A DNA stretch of 64,000 nt from Oscillospiraceae bacterium (GTDB taxonomy: Bacteria; Bacillota; Clostridia; Oscillospirales; Oscillospiraceae), in assembly GCA_902775355.1 (NCBI GenBank), contig CACYLY010000007.1, positions 48 to 64,047 of the forward strand, in the 5' to 3' direction. Positions 1 through 7,060 of the stretch are shown here, piece by piece. A model generated the notes under the pieces. The model saw only the letters and a list, made by a program, of their open reading frames with translations. It was not told the DNA's origin and did no database searches. How positions within the stretch are numbered: the first letter of the stretch is position 1; every line of letters begins with the position of its first letter. The translations under genes were made by a program, and so were the position numbers.

Positions 1-1
1 C

Positions 2-556
2 GCCGTGGGCAAAAACGGCACCCTGACCGTCAGCCGGGACATCGGCCTGAAAGAGCCCTACATCGGCTCCGTCGAGCTGGTCAGCGGCGAGATCGCCGAG
101 GATCTGACGGCCTACCTGCTCTCCAGCGAGCAGGTGCCCTCCGCCTGCGCCCTGGGCGTCCTGGTGGACAGAGACCGCAGCATCAAGGCCGCCGGCGGCT
201 TTCTGGTGCAGCTGATGCCCGGGGCGGACGAGGCCCTGATCGACCGGCTGGAAAACAACATCTTTCTTATGGACCAGCTTACCACGATCCTGGATGAGGA
301 CGGGCCGAAGGCGGTCTTCGCCCAGGTGCTCAAGGGCATGGAGTATCACCTGGTGGGCAGCGCCCCCGTGGGCTATCGCTGTCCCTGCAGCCGCAGCCGG
401 GTGGAAGAGGCCCTGGCCTGCCTGGATCGGCAGGAGCTGGACGAGATGGCCCAAGCCGGCGAGACTGTCCGGGTCTCCTGCCAGTTTTGCGGAGAGGAAT
501 ACGCCTTTACGCCGGAAGAGCTCCTCAAGCTCCGCCGGGGAGAAAAAGAAAACTGA
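2..556 (+). CDS. hslO: Hsp33-family redox-regulated chaperone, C-terminal part (5' end outside window)
   Basis: ORF is open to the window edge. C-terminal CPCSRSR...CQFCGEEY (CXC..CXXC zinc centre) is typical of Hsp33. Confidence 0.8.
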   Translation, partial: AVGKNGTLTVSRDIGLKEPYIGSVELVSGEIAEDLTAYLLSSEQVPSACALGVLVDRDRSIKAAGGFLVQLMPGADEALIDRLENNIFLMDQLTTILDEDGPKAVFAQVLKGMEYHLVGSAPVGYRCPCSRSRVEEALACLDRQELDEMAQAGETVRVSCQFCGEEYAFTPEELLKLRRGEKEN

Positions 557-574
557 AAAAACAAAAAAAGGCGC

Positions 575-603
575 TTGACAAACGGAAAAGGATTTAGTAA
601 TAT
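575..603 (+). promoter_or_regulatory. sigma-A type promoter of the tRNA cluster
   Basis: TTGACA (575-580), 17-nt spacer, TAATAT (598-603), about 18 nt upstream of the first tRNA. Confidence 0.5.
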
Positions 604-620
604 ATACAAGCTGTCAGCGC

Positions 621-697
621 GGGAGCATAGCTCAGCTGGTTAGAGCACCTGCCTTACAAGCAGGGGGTCACTGGTTCGAGTCCAGTTGTTCCCACCA
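621..697 (+). tRNA. tRNA-Val (anticodon TAC), CCA encoded
   Basis: Acceptor stem GGGAGCA/TGTTCCC, anticodon loop CTTACAA, GGTTCGAGTCC T-arm, 3' CCA. Confidence 0.85.
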
Positions 698-712
698 CAA
701 TCGTTTGTATAT

Positions 713-788
<76 letters not shown>

Positions 789-810
789 CCCCGCAATCTG
801 CGGGGCGTTT

Positions 811-886
811 GCGGGCATAGCTCATCCGGTAGAGCGCCACCTTGCCAAGGTGGAGGTAGCGAGTTCGAGCCTCGTTGCCCGCTCCA
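811..886 (+). tRNA. tRNA-Gly (anticodon GCC), CCA encoded
   Basis: Acceptor stem GCGGGCA/TGCCCGC, anticodon stem CCACC/GGTGG with loop TTGCCAA, GTTCGAGCC T-loop. Confidence 0.85.
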
Positions 887-926
887 CAAAATTCATATGC
901 GGGCCGTTCGCCCGCATATGTTATAT

Positions 927-1001
927 GGCGCCATAGCCAAGTGGTAAGGCAGAGGACTGCAAATCCTCGATTCCCCAGTTCAAATCTGGGTGGCGCCTCC
1001 A
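927..1001 (+). tRNA. tRNA-Cys (anticodon GCA), CCA encoded
   Basis: Acceptor stem GGCGCCA/TGGCGCC, anticodon stem GAGGA/TCCTC with loop CTGCAAA, 3' TCCA. Confidence 0.85.
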
Positions 1002-1007
1002 AGAAAA

Positions 1008-1043
1008 AAGCGTCTTTTGTCTTCCGACAAAAGGCGCTTTTTT
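1008..1043 (+). terminator. intrinsic terminator after the tRNA cluster
   Basis: 14-bp stem AAGCGTCTTTTGTC / GACAAAAGGCGCTT, loop TTCC, followed by a T-run. Confidence 0.7.
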
Positions 1044-1137
1044 CATCGACGTGTTCCTCTCGCGCGGAAAGTGATGCGTCCTTCCTGTTCTACCGGGCCG
1101 TCCAGGGGGCCGGGCCCTGCAAGGGCGCTTCTGTACG

Positions 1138-1170
1138 AAACCCTTTTGTCGGAAGACGAAAGGGTTTTTT
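1138..1170 (+). terminator. second terminator-like hairpin (related to 1008-1043 in inverted orientation)
   Basis: Stem AAACCCTTTTGTC / GACGAAAGGGTTT, loop GGAA, followed by TTTTTT. Confidence 0.5.
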
Positions 1171-1370
1171 CGCTGCGCGGAAACGCTTGTTTCCCGGGGT
1201 TTCGGCCCCCGCGTTTTTCCTGGAAGCATTTCCCATCCCCGCGGTCGTCATTCTTAAGACTTCTTATGTTTCTTTTTTGAGAAGTCTGTACTATAATGAG
1301 CCCAGAGACAAGGGAAACGCGGCTTTTCCCGAAGCTCGCATCCATATTCCCCCGGAAGGGAGGCTGTTGT

Positions 1371-2219
1371 TTGAAGAAAAGCATCTTTTACGTTTTAATC
1401 GTTGCAGCGGGGATCCTGCTGGGCGTTCTGGCTTTTTCCTCCTATATGCTCATCAGCGATCAGCTGGAGCACAAGGAATCCCGGGACAAGGACAGCGGCG
1501 CCTCCGACGTCTATCGGCTCCCGGGCGATCCGTCCCAGGCCGGGAACGGGGGCGGCGGTCAGGCGAACAGCCAGCCGGCGGGCTCCCCCGATCCCAGGAC
1601 TTATGACAGCGACGTCATCGGTCAGATCCAGCTGGACCCGGAAATCTCCCCCCTGAACGCCATGTATGACCTGGACAAGTTTTTCTCCGATTATCCCGAC
1701 GCCATCGGCTGGATCTACTGTCCCAACTCCAAGATCGACTACGGCGTGGTCGAGGCCGAGGAAAACGACTACTATCTCCACCACTTCTATGACGGAAGCT
1801 ACAGCGTGGGCGGCTCTTTATTTGCCGACTGCTGCAACGCCCGGGACTTTTCCGATGAGAACACCGTGATCTACGGCCACAACATGGGCGACAAAACCAA
1901 GTTCGGCCTGCTGATCTATTACAAGGAGCAGTACTATTACGACGAGCACCCCGTCATGTACATCAACACCCCCCGCATGAACTACCGCCTGGAACTCTTT
2001 ACCGCTTTTCTGACCGATGCGGACTCCGACGTCTACACCTTCAACTTTGAAAGCGAAGAGGCCTACGGGGCCTGGCTGAAAAAGGTGTGCGCCGAATCCG
2101 ACTTCAAGTGCGATGTGAACGTGACCACCAAGGACCGGGTGGTGACCCTTTCCACCTGTTCCTACGAATACTATGACGCCCGTTATGTTGTGATCGGGAA
2201 GCTGGTCCCCATCCACTGA
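1371..2219 (+). CDS. srtB: class B sortase (SrtB family), N-terminal membrane anchor
   Basis: Catalytic TLSTC motif, IYGHNM histidine motif, N-terminal TM segment. TTG start at 1371 preferred (GGGAGG 7 nt upstream); the track ORF starts at 1296. Confidence 0.8.
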   Translation: MKKSIFYVLIVAAGILLGVLAFSSYMLISDQLEHKESRDKDSGASDVYRLPGDPSQAGNGGGGQANSQPAGSPDPRTYDSDVIGQIQLDPEISPLNAMYDLDKFFSDYPDAIGWIYCPNSKIDYGVVEAEENDYYLHHFYDGSYSVGGSLFADCCNARDFSDENTVIYGHNMGDKTKFGLLIYYKEQYYYDEHPVMYINTPRMNYRLELFTAFLTDADSDVYTFNFESEEAYGAWLKKVCAESDFKCDVNVTTKDRVVTLSTCSYEYYDARYVVIGKLVPIH

Positions 2220-2305
2220 ACTTAGGAATTCTTCACAATTCCGCCCCTTGTCAAACCCAAACCCATCCGATTATAATCCCAACCAGACAATCTTTTCATT
2301 TTGAG

Positions 2306-5300
2306 GTGATTTCCATGAAGAAGAACATGCGCATGATGCTGAGCCTGCTGCTGACCCTGGTCCTCGTGTTCCAGCTTGCCGGCGGCCTGGCTCTGGCGGA
2401 CGATGTGGACGTTACGCTGACCGGCAAGGAATCGCTGGTCTACGAGCTCCGCATCCCCGACCCCGAGGATCCGAGCAAGACTATCCCCGTCAGCGCCGAG
2501 GAAGAGGCTGAGAAGCTGGGAGGCAAGACCTGCTCCGTCGCCATCGGCAAGGCGGACGCGGCTGCTTCCGATCCTGACAACACGGCGATGAGCCGCAGCG
2601 CCGGCGGCACCGTTCTGGAGGATCTGCTGAAGAAGAACCTCTTCATCACGCCGCCCGAGGGCTACTACGTCAAGAGCGCCTATATCCGGGGCGACGCGGT
2701 GGAGACCCAGAACCGCAAGGCCCTCCCCTTCACCGCCAACGCGGAGAGCACCCTGCTGACCCTGAAGGCCGGCGCCGTGGAAGGGGCCGAGAACAAGTTT
2801 GACAAGGGCTATATCACCACCGCCTCCACCGTGAATCCCCCTGTCTACACGCTGGTGATCGTATTGGCTCCTCTGGATAAAGAGAAGAACATCACCGTCA
2901 CGGAAGCTCTGGACAAGGACGCCTCCGGCGCGGAGAGCTCTCTGGCCCCGGGCAGCGCCTACACCGCGCCCATCGCCCCGGCCGACACCGAGACCCACAA
3001 GTTCGCCGGCTGGCGGCTGTCCTACAAAAACGGCGGCAGCCTGAAGCTTGATCCGGGTCAGAGCGCCAAGCCCTACGCCGACTGCCGGGTGGAAGCCCAG
3101 TGGACCGAGATCATCACCATCAGCGCCAACGCCCCTGTGCAGGACGGCGACAGCATGGTTTCCAACGGCTGGACCTATACCGGCAAGCTGGACTCCGGCG
3201 ACGTCATCGATTCCGTCACGCTGAATGTGGAGGAGCAGGCGGAGGGCTTTGTGGCCGTACCTTCCGGCGCGGTCATCCTGCGCAGCGGCAAAAACGTGAC
3301 CGATCGCTACGAGCTGCGCTATGAGAACAGCGTTCCCGTGCAGAAGGAAGACGGCCCCGCTCCCGGCGGCGACGACGACACGCCGCCCGCTCCCAAGGAG
3401 CCCGTCAAGCTCACCATCACCGCCAACGAGCCCGTGACCAGGGACGGCGGCAAGACCTATGAGCAGAACAGCGCCGTCCTCAGCGCCGGCGCCCTCAACG
3501 AGGGCGATTCCTTCGCCTCCATCGTCATTGACGTGCAGCAGAACGCCAACGGCAATTACGTGGCCGTTCCCCGAGACGCCGTCATCAAAAACGGCGACAT
3601 CGACCACACCGCCGATTACGAGATCACCTATCTGCCCAGCGCCGAGGTCGTTCCTCCCGCGCCGGAGAAGGTGAAGCTCACCGTCACCGCCAAGGAGCCC
3701 GTCACCAAGGACGGCGGCAAGACCTATGAGCAGGACGGCGCCGTCCTCAGCGCCGGCACCCTCAACGAGGGCGATTCCTTTACCTCTATCGTCATTGACG
3801 TTCAGAAGAACGAGGACGGCAGCTTCGTGGCCGTTCCCCGGGACGCCGTCATCAAAAACGGCGACATTGACAACACGGCCAATTACGAGATCACTTACGA
3901 GGCCAGCCAGCCCGTGACGCCTCCCGCGCCGGAGAAGGTGAAGATCACCATCACCGCCAAGGAGCCCGTCACCAAGGACGGCGGCAAGACCTACGAGCAG
4001 GACGGTGCCGTCCTCAGCGCCGGCGCCCTCAACGAGGGCGACACGGTGAGCGCCATCCAGATCGACGTCAAGCAGAACGAGGACGGCAGCTTTGTCGCCA
4101 CGCCCCGGGACGCGGTCATCAAGAACGGCGACATCGACAACACGGCCAATTACGAGATCACTTACGAGGCCAGCAAGCCCGTGACGCCTCCCGCACCGGA
4201 GAAGGTGAAGCTCACCGTCACCGCCAAGGAGCCCGTCACCAAGGACGGCGGCAAGACCTATGAGCATGACGGCGCCATCCTCAGCGCAGGCACCCTCAAC
4301 GAGGGCGACGCGTTTACCTCCATCGCCTTCGATGTCAAGCAGAACGAGGACGGCAGCTACATTTCCACCCCGCGGGACGCCGTCATCAAAAACGGCGATA
4401 TCGACAACACGGCCAATTACGAGATCACCTACGAATCCAGCAAGCCTGTGACGCCTCCGGCCCAGAAGATCCCCCTCACCATCCGTTCCAAGGACCGCAG
4501 CGCCGAGTACACCGGCAAGCTCATCACCGCCGACGCTTATGAGCTGGTCAGCGGCTCCCTTACCGAGGGCCACAGCATTGAGGTCACTTACGAGGGCGGC
4601 AGCACCAACGTCACCGCCAGCCCCGTGGCCAGCCCCATCGCCTCCGTGGTCATCAAGGACGCGCTGGGCCAGGATGTGACCGACCTGTACGAGATCACGC
4701 TCGACAATGAAAACGCCGGCAAGGTCACCGTCACCAAGCGCAGCATCACCGTCACCGCCATCACCGGCACCGTAGTGACCGACGGCACCAAGGTGATCTA
4801 CGCCAAGGACTGCAAGACCGAAAGCGGCAGCTTCAACCACGGCCACAAGGTGGAGGGTCTGCTGGAAGGCCACGCGCTCCGGGGCGACTTCGTCAAGGGC
4901 TATGGCAGCGAGACCTTCACCACCAGCATCGATCTCAGCGCGCTGCGCATCGTGGACACCGCCAATGTGGAGACCGATGTCACCGCCAACTACGACATCA
5001 AGACCGTGGACGGCAAGATGACCATCAAGGTCAGCGCCTCCACCGGCGTGCCCGTGGCCGTCACCGTCAGGGACCAGGCCTGGACCTATGACGGGACCGC
5101 CCGCAAGCCGGACCAGACCGGCTACAACATCAGCGGCCTGCTGGACGGCGACGTGGCCACCGTCACCCTGAAAGTCAAGCAGGGCGAGACCGAGTCCGAG
5201 ACCGCCACCAACGCCGGGACCTACACTATCGTCCCCGTGATCAGCATCCGCAGCAAGGACGGCGCCGCCGTGGCGGACAGCAAGTATAAGATCAACGCCG

Positions 5301-5812
5301 GCACCGGCACCCTCACCGTCAAGAAGCTGGACATCACCCTGGAGGCCGTGTCCGACTCCAAGTACTACGACGGCAAAGCTCTGGTCAACGACAAGGTCAA
5401 GGCCCCCGCCCTGGCCGCCGGTCACAAGTACTCCGGCGTGAAGCTGAACGTCTACGACGCCAAGGGCAACCTGATCCGCAACGGCGTCAAGGAGGTCGGC
5501 ACCTACACCAAGAAGATCACCGAGGTCCACATCCTGGACTCCCAGGGGGCGGAGGTCACCGACAACTACAACATCACCAAGATCGACGGCAAGCTGACCA
5601 TTCTCCCCAGCGACAAGAACGATTCCAACAAGGTCAAGACCGGCGACGACTCCCATGCGGGCTTCTTCATCGTGGTGATCGTTGTCTGCCTGCTGCTTCT
5701 GGCCGCCATCGCCGCGCTCCTGATCCTCCAGAAACGGAAGGCCCGTGCCGCCCGCGTGCCGGAAGAGGACTACGATTACTACGAGGACGACGGAGACCAG
5801 AATCAGCGCTGA
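2306..5812 (+). CDS. 1168-aa cell-surface repeat protein (adhesin-like) with signal peptide, 89-aa tandem repeats, MBG-type repeats and a C-terminal sorting-signal-like anchor
   Basis: GAGGTG RBS and signal peptide MKKNMRMMLSLLLTLVLVFQLAGGLALA. Four near-identical 89-aa repeats. Repeats ending ...NYDIKTVDGKMTI and ...NYNITKIDGKLTI resemble MBG domains. C-terminus is KVKTG + hydrophobic helix + QKRKARAAR. Confidence 0.8.
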   Translation: MISMKKNMRMMLSLLLTLVLVFQLAGGLALADDVDVTLTGKESLVYELRIPDPEDPSKTIPVSAEEEAEKLGGKTCSVAIGKADAAASDPDNTAMSRSAGGTVLEDLLKKNLFITPPEGYYVKSAYIRGDAVETQNRKALPFTANAESTLLTLKAGAVEGAENKFDKGYITTASTVNPPVYTLVIVLAPLDKEKNITVTEALDKDASGAESSLAPGSAYTAPIAPADTETHKFAGWRLSYKNGGSLKLDPGQSAKPYADCRVEAQWTEIITISANAPVQDGDSMVSNGWTYTGKLDSGDVIDSVTLNVEEQAEGFVAVPSGAVILRSGKNVTDRYELRYENSVPVQKEDGPAPGGDDDTPPAPKEPVKLTITANEPVTRDGGKTYEQNSAVLSAGALNEGDSFASIVIDVQQNANGNYVAVPRDAVIKNGDIDHTADYEITYLPSAEVVPPAPEKVKLTVTAKEPVTKDGGKTYEQDGAVLSAGTLNEGDSFTSIVIDVQKNEDGSFVAVPRDAVIKNGDIDNTANYEITYEASQPVTPPAPEKVKITITAKEPVTKDGGKTYEQDGAVLSAGALNEGDTVSAIQIDVKQNEDGSFVATPRDAVIKNGDIDNTANYEITYEASKPVTPPAPEKVKLTVTAKEPVTKDGGKTYEHDGAILSAGTLNEGDAFTSIAFDVKQNEDGSYISTPRDAVIKNGDIDNTANYEITYESSKPVTPPAQKIPLTIRSKDRSAEYTGKLITADAYELVSGSLTEGHSIEVTYEGGSTNVTASPVASPIASVVIKDALGQDVTDLYEITLDNENAGKVTVTKRSITVTAITGTVVTDGTKVIYAKDCKTESGSFNHGHKVEGLLEGHALRGDFVKGYGSETFTTSIDLSALRIVDTANVETDVTANYDIKTVDGKMTIKVSASTGVPVAVTVRDQAWTYDGTARKPDQTGYNISGLLDGDVATVTLKVKQGETESETATNAGTYTIVPVISIRSKDGAAVADSKYKINAGTGTLTVKKLDITLEAVSDSKYYDGKALVNDKVKAPALAAGHKYSGVKLNVYDAKGNLIRNGVKEVGTYTKKITEVHILDSQGAEVTDNYNITKIDGKLTILPSDKNDSNKVKTGDDSHAGFFIVVIVVCLLLLAAIAALLILQKRKARAARVPEEDYDYYEDDGDQNQR
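3383..4453 (+). repeat. coding tandem repeat, 4 copies (270+267+267+267 bp) inside the adhesin gene
   Basis: Units start at 3383, 3653, 3920 and 4187 and end at 4453. Each encodes PPAPEKVKLTVTAKEPVTKDGGKTYEQDGAVLSAG..NYEITYE. Diverged copies lie on both flanks. Confidence 0.9.
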
Positions 5813-5861
5813 GCCGAGCCGTGACCCGAGTTAAATTTTCCGATCCCAAGCATTCAATCGC

Positions 5862-5900
5862 AAAAAGCTCCTGCGTTCCGAGGAACGCAGGAGTTTTTTT
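5862..5900. terminator. bidirectional intrinsic terminator between the adhesin gene and the convergent GH25 gene
   Basis: CAAAAAG, stem CTCCTGCGTTCC/GGAACGCAGGAG, then TTTTTTT. Confidence 0.75.
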
Positions 5901-6922
5901 CAAAAGATCACATTCATATCCACGGCGCCGCCCACGCCGGGGACCCTCCCCCGATCGGTGAACTGCCAGAGATCGTAGCGCTTGTCAAAGCGGGGCAGCT
6001 GATCCTTGACGGTATAGCTGGCAAGCCAGATGGTGTAGCGGGAGATGGCGTAGTAGTCGATGGAGCCTTTCAGGTAGTTTTGGCCCGCGTAGACCCCGGG
6101 CTCGTAGCCGGCGTTGCGGACAGTCTCGCAAAAGGCCATGGCGATCTCCGCCCGCTCGCTGGGCGAAAGCCGGTCCGCCCGGCCCTTGGGATATTCGCCG
6201 GAAAACTCCATGTCGATGAACACCGGAAAATCCAGCGGGACGCCGCCCACCGCCTTCAGCGCCGCCCGGGCCTCCTCCACCGCCTCCCGGGGGTTCACGG
6301 CCGTGGAGTAGAAATACACGCCGATTTTAACGCCCGCCGTCCTGGCTCGGCGAAGATACTCCTGGGTGCGGCAGTCGTCATACAGCGCGCCGCTGGTCCA
6401 GCCCCGGCCGCCCACGCGAATGATGGCGAAGTCGACGCCGGCTTCCTTGACTAGCTCCCAGTCGATCCCGTTGTCGTAGTAGGACACGTCGATCCCCAAA
6501 GACCGGGCCTTGACGCCGTTCTGGTCGAAGTAACAGAGCTTGCCGCCGATCTTGTGCAGGCCGACAGCGCAGCTGCCGTCGGCCAGGAGATAGTATTCTT
6601 CTCCCTCCCGCGTCGTCCAGCCGCTTTGGGGCTCTTCGGGCTCAGGGCCTGTTTCGGGAGTCGGCTCCGGAAGGATCAGCTCCGCCGTATGCTCCCAGTC
6701 CTCCGGCTCCGCGGGCTCCTCCCGGGGCGGCAGCGCCTCGGTCACCAGGACCATCTCCGCCGGCGTGCCCGGAGGAGGGGCCGAAAAGCCCTGCGCCAGC
6801 ACCAGGCCCGCCAGCACCAGGGTCAGGAGCAGCACCGCCGCGGTCAGCGGCAGCTTAAGACCCGGGTCGCTCATTCTATCCCATAGTTTTAGAAAGAAAC
6901 TCTTCATGCATCCGTCTCGCAT
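5900..6922 (-). CDS. GH25 muramidase (lysozyme) with N-terminal TM anchor, Pro/Glu-rich linker and one cell-wall-binding-type repeat
   Basis: GIDVSYYDNGIDWELVKEAGVDFAIIRVG and DLWQFTDRGRVPG match GH25. GWTTREGEEYYLLADG..KLCYFDQNGV is a CW-binding-like repeat. The start could also be the ATG at 6907. Confidence 0.8.
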   Translation of the reverse strand: MRDGCMKSFFLKLWDRMSDPGLKLPLTAAVLLLTLVLAGLVLAQGFSAPPPGTPAEMVLVTEALPPREEPAEPEDWEHTAELILPEPTPETGPEPEEPQSGWTTREGEEYYLLADGSCAVGLHKIGGKLCYFDQNGVKARSLGIDVSYYDNGIDWELVKEAGVDFAIIRVGGRGWTSGALYDDCRTQEYLRRARTAGVKIGVYFYSTAVNPREAVEEARAALKAVGGVPLDFPVFIDMEFSGEYPKGRADRLSPSERAEIAMAFCETVRNAGYEPGVYAGQNYLKGSIDYYAISRYTIWLASYTVKDQLPRFDKRYDLWQFTDRGRVPGVGGAVDMNVIF

Positions 6923-7024
6923 TCTTTCGCCTTGCGGGGAATTGGGTCTATCATAGCGCAGAGCGGCTCTTTTTGCAATTCTTTTGTCAAAGGAAGCAGA
7001 ATTTGGACGTTACGGAATTGTTCC

Positions 7025-7053
7025 TTGTGTCCGGCGTCGCTTCGTGGTATAAT
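7025..7053 (+). promoter_or_regulatory. extended -10 promoter abutting the pcrA start codon
   Basis: TTGTGT (7025-7030), 17-nt spacer, TGgTATAAT (7045-7053). The ATG at 7061 lies 7 nt after the -10. Confidence 0.4.
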
Positions 7054-7060
7054 CGGCGCC

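Noticed and set aside
1296-1370. ATG 1296 as the sortase start
   Set aside because: This ATG overlaps a TATAAT-like hexamer and has no RBS. TTG 1371 has GGGAGG 7 nt upstream and begins right at the KK + TM anchor. The choice remains uncertain.
3383-4453. Regularly spaced repeats considered as a possible CRISPR array
   Set aside because: The period of 267 bp has no unique spacers. The repeats are contiguous, in frame and encode a protein module, and no cas genes are present. It is a coding tandem repeat.
2222-5656. 1144-aa ORF on the minus strand opposite the adhesin gene
   Set aside because: It is the antisense shadow of a real high-GC gene. The translation is low-complexity G/A/V/D/L/H-rich, with no RBS or recognisable motif, whereas the plus-strand product has a signal peptide, repeats and an anchor.
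6932-7060. 43-codon N-terminal extension of pcrA (TTG start at 6932)
   Set aside because: The extension has no similarity to PcrA N-termini, starts 10 nt from the divergent GH25 start and contains the TGgTATAAT promoter. ATG 7061 matches homologous N-termini.
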